A DNA stretch of 47,971 bases from Patescibacteria group bacterium (lineage in GTDB: Bacteria; Patescibacteriota; Patescibacteriia; Patescibacteriales; UBA12465): assembly GCA_041661685.1 (NCBI GenBank), contig JBAZTY010000003.1, positions 135,550 to 183,520 on the forward strand, written 5' to 3'. Numbering within the stretch: position 1 is the stretch's first letter; each line of letters begins with the position of its first letter. A program made the position numbers and the translations under genes. Below the pieces are notes generated by a model that was given only the letters and a program-made list of their open reading frames with translations, was not told the DNA's origin and made no database searches. This document shows, piece by piece, positions 38,884 through 47,724 of this stretch.

Positions 38884-38957
38884 GCGCTCGTAGCTCAACT
38901 GGATAGAGTACTTGGCTTCGGACCAAGGGGTTGCAGGTTCAAATCCTGCCGGGCGCA
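38884..38957 (+). tRNA. tRNA-Arg(UCG)
   Basis: Acceptor GCGCTCG/CGGGCGC; anticodon arm CTTGG-CTTCGGA-CCAAG. Confidence 0.95.
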
Positions 38958-38982
38958 CATAGCCGGTTAAATCCGGTAATTA

Positions 38983-39056
38983 GGCTGGGTAGCTCAGCTG
39001 GTTAGAGCGTAGCACTCATAACGCTAAGGTCGCGGGTTCGAGCCCCGCCCCCGCCA
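38983..39056 (+). tRNA. tRNA with CAU anticodon, probably elongator Met (Ile2 not excluded)
   Basis: Acceptor GGCTGGG/CCCCGCC with a G1-C72 pair; anticodon loop CTCATAA. Confidence 0.85.
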
Positions 39057-39128
39057 CAGGAAGACCAGAATCAAGCCTGGAAATCAGGCTTGATTTAATA
39101 AAATAATAGTATATAATAAAACAGTAAT

Positions 39129-39201
39129 GCGCCTATAGCTCAGTTGGTAGAGCAGCTCCCTCTTAAGGAGACGGTCGTAGGTTCGAATCCCACTGGGCGC
39201 A
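39129..39201 (+). tRNA. tRNA-Lys(CUU)
   Basis: Acceptor GCGCCTA/TGGGCGC; anticodon arm CTCC-CTCTTAA-GGAG. Confidence 0.92.
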
Positions 39202-39208
39202 CAATTAC

Positions 39209-39238
39209 AAAAAACAGGCTTGAATGAGCCTGTTTTTT
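39209..39238. terminator. Terminator after the tRNA cluster
   Basis: AAAAAACAGGCTT-GAAT-GAGCCTGTTTTTT. Confidence 0.8.
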
Positions 39239-39407
39239 GTTGTATGAACGATATTGACTAAAATTGAATATTATCGTAATATATTAAGTCAATCTAGGTC
39301 TTTAAAAAACAAGGTTAACTTGGATTAATTGCTGAATTCGTCTTATGGACTTAGGCGGGGTCAGCAATTAATCCAATATTATTAACCTTAAAAAAAACCG
39401 ATATGCT

Positions 39408-39977
39408 ATGGACCAAAAAAAAGAAGCGAAACTGATTGTCAGTTTTCCCGTTGTCGTCCCTAATGACTATTCTATCTACAGCTTTCGATCCAGGAATCCC
39501 GACAAATTTTGTCAGATAGAAGATGAATTTGTTGATCGACACTTTAAACCCAGCCAAGTGCCAAAACCTGGGGAAAAATTATTTGCCCATCTTTATGAAT
39601 TAAATGGACGATGGGAACGCAAAGAATGCACCGCTTTCATTACTGAAAAAAATGGGTATTTTCCTAATGCTGTCGGACTAACTTTGGCTCTTGAGCAAGG
39701 AGAAAAATACCTTACCGAAAGATTAAAGCACCCCTGGGGTGGTGGGGACCAGCAAGATATTCGCTGGGATAGAAGTCAACAGATAATAGGTCTAGATACA
39801 AAGGATGCTTTCTGGTGCAAAGACGGACGTGGCTATAACATAGCACCATGTCTTTATAGCACTAAAGATTTTAACCTAAATAGAATCTGGCACTTTGATA
39901 CAACCCCAGATGACTACTTTGGCGATAAAGAAGATTGCTTACTTTTCTTTACAACCGAACAAATAAAAACCGCCTGA
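39408..39977 (+). CDS. Hypothetical protein
   Basis: 189-aa ORF with its own promoter TTGACT-17-TAATAT (39254-39282). Confidence 0.7.
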   Translation: MDQKKEAKLIVSFPVVVPNDYSIYSFRSRNPDKFCQIEDEFVDRHFKPSQVPKPGEKLFAHLYELNGRWERKECTAFITEKNGYFPNAVGLTLALEQGEKYLTERLKHPWGGGDQQDIRWDRSQQIIGLDTKDAFWCKDGRGYNIAPCLYSTKDFNLNRIWHFDTTPDDYFGDKEDCLLFFTTEQIKTA

Positions 39978-39979
39978 CC

Positions 39980-40312
39980 ATGCAAAACCAAGAAGAAAAG
40001 AACAAACTTAGAAAAATAATTATCTACGCCTGCGGCATCGCCATCATACTATTAACAATAGCCCTGTATTACTATGTCTTATATGATGGCAAGAGAACGA
40101 TGATTATTTTCGGCCTGCTTCTAATCACAATCTTGTGTTCCGGACTAATGATAACCTTCTTAGATTTCAATGCTAGTCTCGCGATCTATCAAATGATTGA
40201 AATTGGACCGAGCCCGAGGAAGATTAGAAATAATCTAACCTCTAAGATAATAATAGGAGTAGCGCTAGGATTTTTTATCCTAGCTGCTCTAATGGCTATT
40301 TTCTGGTTATAG
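39980..40312 (+). CDS. Hypothetical 3-TM membrane protein
   Basis: ATG 2 nt after the previous stop; three hydrophobic segments; terminator hairpin at about 40327-40353. Confidence 0.65.
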   Translation: MQNQEEKNKLRKIIIYACGIAIILLTIALYYYVLYDGKRTMIIFGLLLITILCSGLMITFLDFNASLAIYQMIEIGPSPRKIRNNLTSKIIIGVALGFFILAALMAIFWL

Positions 40313-40408
40313 CTACAATATTTCGCAAAGGGAACCCTCCGGTTCCCTTTTTTATTACCCTTGCGAAAAACGCTATTTCCGCTATAATAAGGGAGTAAAA
40401 ATACTACT

Positions 40409-40984
40409 ATGTCTAATCTGTTAATCTTCGGGCCTCCGGGAGCTGGCAAAGGAACTCAAGCTGACCTGATTGCTAAGAAATACAAGCTGACCCACTTGTC
40501 TAGCGGGGAGATTCTGCGCGCCGAACTAAAGAACGGCGAGCTGGGCGCCAGTATAAAGAAATATCAAGATGCGGGTAAGCTCGTGCCTGATAGTCTGATA
40601 ATCAAAATAATGGACCAGGCGGTCTTGAAAAATATCAAGAAGAGCGGCTTCATCTTCGACGGCTATCCGCGTACCATCAAGCAGGCAAAAGCTATGGATA
40701 GCTTCTTCAAGAAGAATAAGATAGCTCTGAAGGCGGTCGTAAATTTAAAACTAGGCAAAGCTGAAGCTATCAAGCGCGCTTTGAGTCGCGGTAAGACTTC
40801 TGGACGGTCTGACGACAATATCAAAACTCTCAGAGCCCGTCTCGTCGTCTATCGTACGCAGACCGCGCCTCTTTTAGAATATTATAAGGGACAGAAAAAA
40901 GTCATCAATATCGATGGCCGACCGAAAATAGAGATTGTTTTTAAAGAAATTTCGGAGCGTTTAAATAAAAAAGGGGGCTATTAG
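40409..40984 (+). CDS. adk: Adenylate kinase (short-lid type)
   Basis: GPPGAGKGTQA, GKLVPD, FDGYPR and GRSDD. Confidence 0.96.
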   Translation: MSNLLIFGPPGAGKGTQADLIAKKYKLTHLSSGEILRAELKNGELGASIKKYQDAGKLVPDSLIIKIMDQAVLKNIKKSGFIFDGYPRTIKQAKAMDSFFKKNKIALKAVVNLKLGKAEAIKRALSRGKTSGRSDDNIKTLRARLVVYRTQTAPLLEYYKGQKKVINIDGRPKIEIVFKEISERLNKKGGY

Positions 40985-40997
40985 TTAGCTCCCTTTT
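40967..40997. terminator. Bidirectional terminator between adk and the orphan ORF
   Basis: AAAAGGGGGCTA-TTAGT-TAGCTCCCTTTT. Confidence 0.75.
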
Positions 40998-41021
40998 GTT
41001 TTAGCCGACAGCAATCAGCAC

Positions 41022-41237
41022 TTAATCAATCCCCTTGAAAGAACTCCAGGCTCCGATAGACAACATGTCTTTATGCTTATGGCCTCCTTGCTTAAGCTGC
41101 CAATCGGCTTTAGACGGAGATTCTGAATTCTCTTTTGAAGTGATATCATAATTAGCGCGAGGAGTGAAATCTTCTTCGAAGAATTTCCCTTCATGTTCCG
41201 GAAAAACTTGTTCCGGCTTTCTCTTTTTAGTGCTCAT
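41022..41237 (-). CDS. Small hydrophilic hypothetical protein downstream of a putative attenuator
   Basis: 71-aa ORF in its own promoter-leader-ORF-terminator unit. Confidence 0.5.
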   Translation of the reverse strand: MSTKKRKPEQVFPEHEGKFFEEDFTPRANYDITSKENSESPSKADWQLKQGGHKHKDMLSIGAWSSFKGID

Positions 41238-41274
41238 CTTTCAATTTTTTAGGGTTTAAAGAACTATCAATGCT

Positions 41275-41467
41275 TAAAAAAGACCGGGCCTATTCGGGCT
41301 CGGTCTTTAATTTGTTTGTATTTATTCTAATCTCCTGATAATTACATATTTTCTACAAACAAAGACCGGCCCATCTTAATGAAGTGCCAAATAATGAAAG
41401 TATAGGAGGTCTTAGTTTGTAAATTTCTCATGAAGTTAATAATAACAAATCCGAAAATCTGGGTCAA
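41275..41467 (-). promoter_or_regulatory. Putative attenuator: promoter, 29-aa uORF (41431-41342) and mutually exclusive 1:2 / 2:3 / 3:4 helices
   Basis: TTGACC-17-TATTAT; repeated segments TACAAAC..AAGACC and GGTCTT..GTTTGTA; terminator hairpin followed by U6. Confidence 0.6.
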
Positions 41468-41490
41468 GGGTCTACTCTAATAAAATTAGT

Positions 41491-42174
41491 TTATTCAATC
41501 ACGGTTCCTTTAAATTTTTCACTATCAAGGCATTTTTCTAGATTCTTCAAGTTACGGCCGTTGAGGATTATGACTTTCATACCTGATTTAGTCGCCTCGC
41601 GCGAAGCAATCGGATCGAAAGGAGCATTCAGCCCCGGCAGCCAGCGATTGCCGACAATCTTACGGAAAGCCGGCCAAGAAACAGTCTCTAATTTCTTAGC
41701 ATCCTTAAACTGGCGCGGGTCCTTATCATAGGCATAATCTATATTAGAGAGATTGATAACTGTCTTAATCTTATTATGCTGAGCCAGTAAGATAGCCACA
41801 TAATCAGTCGACCAGCCCGGCTTATAGCCAGAAGCTATGACCAAGGGCCTCTTGGTGCTGATTTTCTTAGTCGGGTCAATTATAATTTCAGGGTGCGCTA
41901 ATGCGCCGAAAGAAGCCCGGAGTAATTGAGCGTTAAGGCGAGTCGCACTGATTCCAACCCAATCGCGATCGACAGTGCTTATCGGCGCGATAGCCAAAGT
42001 AGCCTTAATGTAAGTGCGCGCAGTTACTCCGCCGCCAGCGACTAGATAAAATTTATGCCCTTTCTTAACCTGACGAATTATAAACGCGCGGAACTCTTTC
42101 AAGAATTTAGTTTCAATTCCATCGGCCGTGACCATCAGCGATCCGCCGACAGATAAGATAAAAGACTTATCCAT
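41491..42174 (-). CDS. pyrH: UMP kinase (archaeal-like short type)
   Basis: [37 protein letters not shown] and PFDPIA. Confidence 0.93.
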   Translation of the reverse strand: MDKSFILSVGGSLMVTADGIETKFLKEFRAFIIRQVKKGHKFYLVAGGGVTARTYIKATLAIAPISTVDRDWVGISATRLNAQLLRASFGALAHPEIIIDPTKKISTKRPLVIASGYKPGWSTDYVAILLAQHNKIKTVINLSNIDYAYDKDPRQFKDAKKLETVSWPAFRKIVGNRWLPGLNAPFDPIASREATKSGMKVIILNGRNLKNLEKCLDSEKFKGTVIE

Positions 42175-43256
42175 ATGTATTTATCTTCTTTCGCCGGCTT
42201 ATTATCTTTATTCTCTTCAATCTCCTTGCTCTTGATTTCGGCCAGGATAGCTTTGCGGATTTCCGCGGACAACTTCTTATCATCTTTAATCATCTTCTTG
42301 GCAGTCTCGCGTCCGGTGCCGAGCTTCACTTCCTTAAAGGAATAAGAATTGCCATTCTTTTTAATGACATTATATTCTACGCCCAAGTCGACTAAATCGC
42401 CGGCAACAGAGATGCCTTCGTTATACATGATATCGAATTCACAGGTCCTAAAAGGAGCTGCGACTTTATTCTTAACGATCTTCACCTTAACGCGGTTGCC
42501 GATGATCTTTTCACCTTGTTTTATCTGAGCGGCGCGGCGCACTTCAATACGGACGGAACAATAAAACTTCAAAGCATTACCACCAGTCGTGGTTTCCGGG
42601 TTGCCGAAAAAGACACCAATCTTATTTCTGATCTGATTAATAAAAATGACGACGGTATTAGTCTTAGCAATAACGGCAGTAAGCTTACGCAAGGCTTGAC
42701 TCATCAAACGGGCTTGCAAGCCCATGTGCTGATCACCCATCTCGCCCTCAATCTCTTTCTGAGGGACTAAAGCGGCAACAGAATCAACGACGATGACATC
42801 GACCGCATTGGAGCGGACCAAGGTCTCGACGATTTCAAGAGCCTGTTCGCCGCTATCCGGCTGAGATAACAACATTTCCTTGACGTTAACGCCAATCTTG
42901 GCGGCATACTCCGGATCAAGCGCATGTTCCGCGTCAACAAAAGCGGCGATACCGCCAGTCTTCTGCACTTCAGCGACGATATGCTGCGCTAGAGTCGTCT
43001 TGCCGGAAGACTCCGGACCATAAATCTCAATGATACGGCCGCGCGGCACGCCACCGACGCCAGTCGCTATATCTAACGATAGACAGCCGGTAGAAATCGC
43101 GTCGACATTAGTCTTCGGAGCATCGCCGAACTTCATGATTGCGCCTTCGCCAAAACGGCTGCGGATCTGCTCGATCGCGCTCAGCGCCGCATCATTGCGC
43201 TTGTCCTTATTATCTCCCTTTTCCGAGACCATCTTCTTCTCTTTTTCTTTAGCCAT
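42135..43256 (-). CDS. recA: Recombinase A
   Basis: [22 protein letters not shown] and [12 protein letters not shown]. Confidence 0.99.
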   Translation of the reverse strand: MAKEKEKKMVSEKGDNKDKRNDAALSAIEQIRSRFGEGAIMKFGDAPKTNVDAISTGCLSLDIATGVGGVPRGRIIEIYGPESSGKTTLAQHIVAEVQKTGGIAAFVDAEHALDPEYAAKIGVNVKEMLLSQPDSGEQALEIVETLVRSNAVDVIVVDSVAALVPQKEIEGEMGDQHMGLQARLMSQALRKLTAVIAKTNTVVIFINQIRNKIGVFFGNPETTTGGNALKFYCSVRIEVRRAAQIKQGEKIIGNRVKVKIVKNKVAAPFRTCEFDIMYNEGISVAGDLVDLGVEYNVIKKNGNSYSFKEVKLGTGRETAKKMIKDDKKLSAEIRKAILAEIKSKEIEENKDNKPAKEDKYIWISLLSYLSADR

Positions 43257-43339
43257 ACGTTTTATGTTATTTTTTATTAATAAATTTATTTTAGCATACT
43301 GCTCGTGACGGAAACTTAAAAAAATCTTAAAATCTTTCC

Positions 43340-43798
43340 CTATTCCGCCAAGAATTTAAACGGCAAGGAAACAATATGCTCTTCCCCGTCCTTATCTTTA
43401 AAGACTACTTCGGCGCCAGCGGCATTCTTGCGCCACTCCCAAATCTTATCCAGATTAACTTCAGAAACCGTCTCTAATTTTATACCGCCATCTTTATTCC
43501 ATTCGTCCTTGATATCAGCGCCAATCTGTTGAAAGGTTCCGACCTCTTCTGTCGCTTGAACTATCGGAGTAGTCGAGGCTTGGCCTTCATAACTTTTACC
43601 CATACCCATATCGGCGACTCCCTGAACCGCTATCCAGACAGAGTCCATAGCGACCTTAGCGTTGCGCCAGAAAAAGTTCTGTTCTACTCTGGCCTTCTGT
43701 TCAGAGTTGCCGCCGTACAAAATAGCCGCAACCGCTATCAAAGCAAAAAAAACGACAATCGTCACGATGCTGCTGAGGGCGCTGAAAGGCTTAGCCAT
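43340..43798 (-). CDS. Hypothetical membrane-anchored protein
   Basis: N-terminal TM segment; lies between endoQ and recA on the same strand. Confidence 0.7.
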   Translation of the reverse strand: MAKPFSALSSIVTIVVFFALIAVAAILYGGNSEQKARVEQNFFWRNAKVAMDSVWIAVQGVADMGMGKSYEGQASTTPIVQATEEVGTFQQIGADIKDEWNKDGGIKLETVSEVNLDKIWEWRKNAAGAEVVFKDKDGEEHIVSLPFKFLAE

Positions 43799-43827
43799 AA
43801 TTTTAATATCTTAAATAAAACTTTCGC

Positions 43828-45078
43828 TTATAATAATGGCTTCTGTTTCTTAATATCATCATCTTCGGAAAAAATGTTTATTTGGCCATATTCGCCGTCA
43901 TACCCGGGTTTGATCAATAATCTTCCCTCACGGACGCGTTTCAGGCCTTCAACAATACGCTTATCAACCCCGACAAGCTTCTTCAAGTCCAATTCGAGGA
44001 GTATAAACAATTCATTGCCAAAGTCTTTAATCAGGCTTCGGTACTGCTTCTGCACGGCTATAGAAGCCCGGCCTTTGACGCCGAGCGCTTCCGCTATAAT
44101 CTTATCTAATTCCACGAGTTTTTTAAAGGGAACGGCATTTTTCGGCTTGAAGCCGGCTTTCCTGTCGGCTAGCTCCTCAACCCGATTGAGCACGCCGATA
44201 ATAAGCGGCTTCTGGCATTTCGGGCAAAGGTTTTTATTCTTCCGGCTGACCGACGGTTCGCATCTGAAATTACAGGCGCGATGGCCGTCGAAATGATACA
44301 TGCCTTCTTCCGGATAGAACTCCAGGGTCATCTTCATGCCCTGCCTGTCTTTGATATTATCATAGATCTTCTGATAAGAAACCGGCTCGGATATCTCCAT
44401 GATATTAGCTTCGCGGGCGATATTATTAGGATTATGGGCATCGGAATTAGATAGACAAGTCAGATTATCGAGCGCCGACAAGCGCCAATTCATTTCCGGA
44501 TCGCTCGACAGGCCAGTTTCATAGGCATAAATATGCTTAGTCTGACCCTTAAAGCATTCCTCGAGCGTATTAAAACCGGATTTAGAACCGAAGACGGAAA
44601 ACCAAGGCGTCCAGATATGCGCTGGGTAAATCAGGAAGCTCGCATCTATCTTCATGACTAATTTTACAAATTCAGGCGCGGAAATTCCTAAAATCGGCCG
44701 GCCGTCGGAACGAATATTAAAGCCCTTATCTAATTCCCTGTTCAGTGCGGCCGCCACTTTCAAGCTCGGCGCATGAATGACGAGATGAATCCTTCTGACT
44801 CTGACTTCATCTTTATATATTAATGATACTTCGGTGCTGAGAATAAACTTGACCTGATCATCAGGAGCGGTTTTCAGAATATATAAGCCGGAGCCAGCAA
44901 AAGTTTCTTGCAATTCCTTATTAATACTTTCGAACCAGGCTGGATAAGTAAAATCTCCGGTCGCGATGATATTCACGCCCTTGATGCGGCAGGCAGCGTC
45001 AATATTCGCCAACGTAAGCTGCGGCGAACAGGCCCGCGAATAGCGGGAATGGATATGGAAATCTAATATCTGCTGCAT
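43828..45078 (-). CDS. Endonuclease Q family PHP-domain protein
   Basis: DFHIHSRYSRA, PAHIWTPWFS, ETGLSSD, SNSDAH, zinc finger (HRAC..CPKC) and PGYDGEYG. Confidence 0.9.
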   Translation of the reverse strand: MQQILDFHIHSRYSRACSPQLTLANIDAACRIKGVNIIATGDFTYPAWFESINKELQETFAGSGLYILKTAPDDQVKFILSTEVSLIYKDEVRVRRIHLVIHAPSLKVAAALNRELDKGFNIRSDGRPILGISAPEFVKLVMKIDASFLIYPAHIWTPWFSVFGSKSGFNTLEECFKGQTKHIYAYETGLSSDPEMNWRLSALDNLTCLSNSDAHNPNNIAREANIMEISEPVSYQKIYDNIKDRQGMKMTLEFYPEEGMYHFDGHRACNFRCEPSVSRKNKNLCPKCQKPLIIGVLNRVEELADRKAGFKPKNAVPFKKLVELDKIIAEALGVKGRASIAVQKQYRSLIKDFGNELFILLELDLKKLVGVDKRIVEGLKRVREGRLLIKPGYDGEYGQINIFSEDDDIKKQKPLL

Positions 45079-45100
45079 ATTTTCAGAAATTCTCTCGGCT

Positions 45101-45856
45101 TTAGAAATTCTTCTCCACAAATTCCAATAAATCTTCCGCGATCTGCAATTCTTCTAAGCTGTTTACGCCGACTCCCTCATGGGGCGAAATGGAAAAAGTC
45201 GTGACTTTATGGCCCTCATTGAAAGCAATCTTAACCAAATCGGTTATATAGTATTCCCCTTGGTTATTTTGATTATTAAGAGTGTCGATATGAGCAAATA
45301 ACCACTCTTTATTGAAGCAAAAGCAGTTGGGATTTACTTCCAGAATTTCCTTCTCATGATCGGCGGCATCTTTGAACTCGACAATTCTCTGGGCATTATT
45401 TTCTTTATCGCGGACAACTCTCCCCCAATGATGGAAAACCGAACGCCACCCTTCAAAATTATCCAAAGCGACGGTAATCATCGACAAGATTCCTTGGTGT
45501 TTGAGAGGAAAATCACGGATAGTTTCCACTTTATAGAAGGGGTGGTCGCCATTTAAGACAAAAATATCTGTCGCCCGGGGATCAATATAGTTTCTGGCGC
45601 TAGCCACGGCATGACCGGTGCCTAATTGCTGCTCCTGAATAACATATTGCACATCATATTTTTTTAAGGCGGCCGCGATCACTTCTTTATTATCCGGGGA
45701 GACGATGATGATCGGCTTAAGCGCCTGCGCCGTCTTGGAAATAGAGCCCAAAAGGTAGTCCAACATTGGGCGTCCTTTTAATGGAACCAGCACTTTCGGC
45801 AATTCTGATTTCATGCGCGTTCCTCTGCCGGCGGCCATTACGATAATCTGCTGCAT
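45101..45856 (-). CDS. GlmU-like nucleotidyltransferase (uridyltransferase domain only)
   Basis: AAGRGTRMKSELPKVL, QEQQLGTGHA, IVEFKDA, NNQGEYYITD and GVN; stops before the left-handed beta-helix domain. Confidence 0.9.
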   Translation of the reverse strand: MQQIIVMAAGRGTRMKSELPKVLVPLKGRPMLDYLLGSISKTAQALKPIIIVSPDNKEVIAAALKKYDVQYVIQEQQLGTGHAVASARNYIDPRATDIFVLNGDHPFYKVETIRDFPLKHQGILSMITVALDNFEGWRSVFHHWGRVVRDKENNAQRIVEFKDAADHEKEILEVNPNCFCFNKEWLFAHIDTLNNQNNQGEYYITDLVKIAFNEGHKVTTFSISPHEGVGVNSLEELQIAEDLLEFVEKNF

Positions 45857-45958
45857 AAATGATTTCTAATTAAAAATTATTGAGGAAAACTCAATCGAAT
45901 TTCCCATATATTTTACCACCTTTTTATCTCTCTGGCAAATGACTTTTTTACCTTTATT

Positions 45959-47380
45959 CTATTTAATATAAGCCAAAATTTTCTCTTTAATTTCCGCCAC
46001 TTTCTGAGCGGCTGAATCCAGGCTTTTAGCCTCGGCATAAATCCTGACAATCGGTTCGGTATTAGAAGCGCGCAGATGAACCCAGGAGTCAGGCCAATCA
46101 ATCTTGACGCCGTCGATGTCCGTAATCTTTTCGTGCTTATAAGCCTCCTTGATATTATTTAACAGCTCAGAAAGGTTTATATTCGGAGTCAGATCCAGCC
46201 TATCCTTGACCATAAAATACTCCGGGAAAGACTTCTTATATTCTGATATCACCTGTTTTTTTTCTATTAGTGCCGAAAGAAACAGAGCAATCCCTAAAAG
46301 CGCGTCGCGGCCGTAATGCAATTCAGGAAAAATCACGCCGCCATTCCCTTCACCGCCGATGACGGCTTTAAGCGCGCGCATCGAGGCGACGACATTAACT
46401 TCTCCGACAGCCGCTGCTTCATATTTACCGCCATAATTTTCTGTAATATCTTTCAAGGCGCGAGAAGAAGAGAGATTGGAAACTGTCGCTTTTTCATATT
46501 TCCCGGGATTAGCGGCCTTAAGCGCTTCAAAATTACGCAAGACATAATCGGAAACTGCCACTAATGTATATTCCTCGCCGAACATGACGCCATTTTCATC
46601 AATAAAAGCCAGGCGATCAACATCCGGATCGACAATAATGCCTAAATCCGCTTTTTCTGCCTTAACGCGAGCTTTTATTTCAGTTAAATTCTCATCTAAA
46701 GGCTCCGGCTTATGCGCGAAGCGTCCGTTCGGCTCACAATTAAGCTCAATTATCTTATTGACTCCTAATAATCTTAATAATTTCGGCACCATGACACCGC
46801 CGATAGAATTAATGCCATCAACGACGACCTTAAAATCGCGAGCAGCGATATTATCTTTCTTAACGAGCGGCAGTTTCAATATTTCCGTCAGATGCTCTTC
46901 AGCTATTTCTTGGTTAATAGAATAACTTCCCAACTTATCTTCGGTTTCAAAACTTAAATCGTTACGCTCGGCTGTTTCTAAAATCTGCTGGCCATCAACA
47001 GCGGTCAAGAACTCACCCGCGGCATTCAATAATTTCAAAGCATTCCAGCCAGCCGGATTATGAGAAGCAGTCAGGATTATTCCTCCCTGCGCTTTCAGCA
47101 TAATCACGCCCATCTCGACGGTCGGAGTCGTCGCCATTTCCAGATCAACGACGTCTATGCCCTGGCTGATTAATGTTCCGACGACTAAATCTCTCAGCAT
47201 CGCTCCGGAAACCCGGCCATCGCGGCCGACGACCGCTCTCACCCTAACACCAGGGTTATTTTTCTTTAAGAATAGCGCAAAAGCCGACACAAAACGAACG
47301 GTGTCCAGCGGGGTTAAATTATCTCCGGCCGCGCCGCCGATCGTACCGCGGATGCCGGAGATTGATTTGATAAGAGACAT
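45959..47380 (-). CDS. glmM: Phosphoglucosamine mutase / phosphohexomutase
   Basis: SISGIRG, TASHNP, DPDVDR, GGEGNGG and RASNTEP. Confidence 0.85.
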   Translation of the reverse strand: MSLIKSISGIRGTIGGAAGDNLTPLDTVRFVSAFALFLKKNNPGVRVRAVVGRDGRVSGAMLRDLVVGTLISQGIDVVDLEMATTPTVEMGVIMLKAQGGIILTASHNPAGWNALKLLNAAGEFLTAVDGQQILETAERNDLSFETEDKLGSYSINQEIAEEHLTEILKLPLVKKDNIAARDFKVVVDGINSIGGVMVPKLLRLLGVNKIIELNCEPNGRFAHKPEPLDENLTEIKARVKAEKADLGIIVDPDVDRLAFIDENGVMFGEEYTLVAVSDYVLRNFEALKAANPGKYEKATVSNLSSSRALKDITENYGGKYEAAAVGEVNVVASMRALKAVIGGEGNGGVIFPELHYGRDALLGIALFLSALIEKKQVISEYKKSFPEYFMVKDRLDLTPNINLSELLNNIKEAYKHEKITDIDGVKIDWPDSWVHLRASNTEPIVRIYAEAKSLDSAAQKVAEIKEKILAYIK

Positions 47381-47514
47381 AGTAGATATAGTTTAGCTTT
47401 AATAGCCTGCCTATATTCTAACCTCTATTTTAAAAATGCTCAAGAAAAAACCGTCCAGTTACGGGCGGCTCTTTCTGAATATTCTGTATTTTGAGTACAA
47501 AAAAACACCATTGT

Positions 47515-47629
47515 TCTGGCGGCGACCTACTTTCCCAGGGCTCAGGCCCAAGTATCATCGGCGCTGGAAGGCTTGACTACTGAGTTCGGGATGGGATCAG
47601 GTATGACCCTTCCGCTCAAACCACCAGAA
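47515..47629 (-). rRNA. rrf: 5S rRNA (ends approximate)
   Basis: Minus strand contains ACCTGATCCCATCCCGAACTCAG...GCCGATGATACT...GGGAAAGTAGGTCGCCGCCAG; flanked by an extended terminal stem. Confidence 0.95.
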
Positions 47630-47724
47630 CAATGGTGTCTTTTATATAGTTTTATATAATTTTACCATTATCAATTCAGCAGAGTAAAGTATCAAGAATA
47701 AACTTTATAAAATAAAAGTGTGGG

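Noticed and set aside
12607..41265. boxA-like (G/A)TCTTT(A/G)AA motifs near orphan ORFs (12607-16, 14141-50, 39297-306, 41255-65)
   Set aside because: Short and AT-rich, so expected by chance; enrichment cannot be shown without a genome-wide count.
42135..42174. 40-nt recA/pyrH overlap giving RecA a non-conserved tail
   Set aside because: The RecA core is complete; most simply a late stop codon in a compact operon, not recoding.
43529..44296. 255-aa plus-strand ORF
   Set aside because: Antisense to endoQ and the membrane protein; Ser/Phe-rich shadow composition with no motif.
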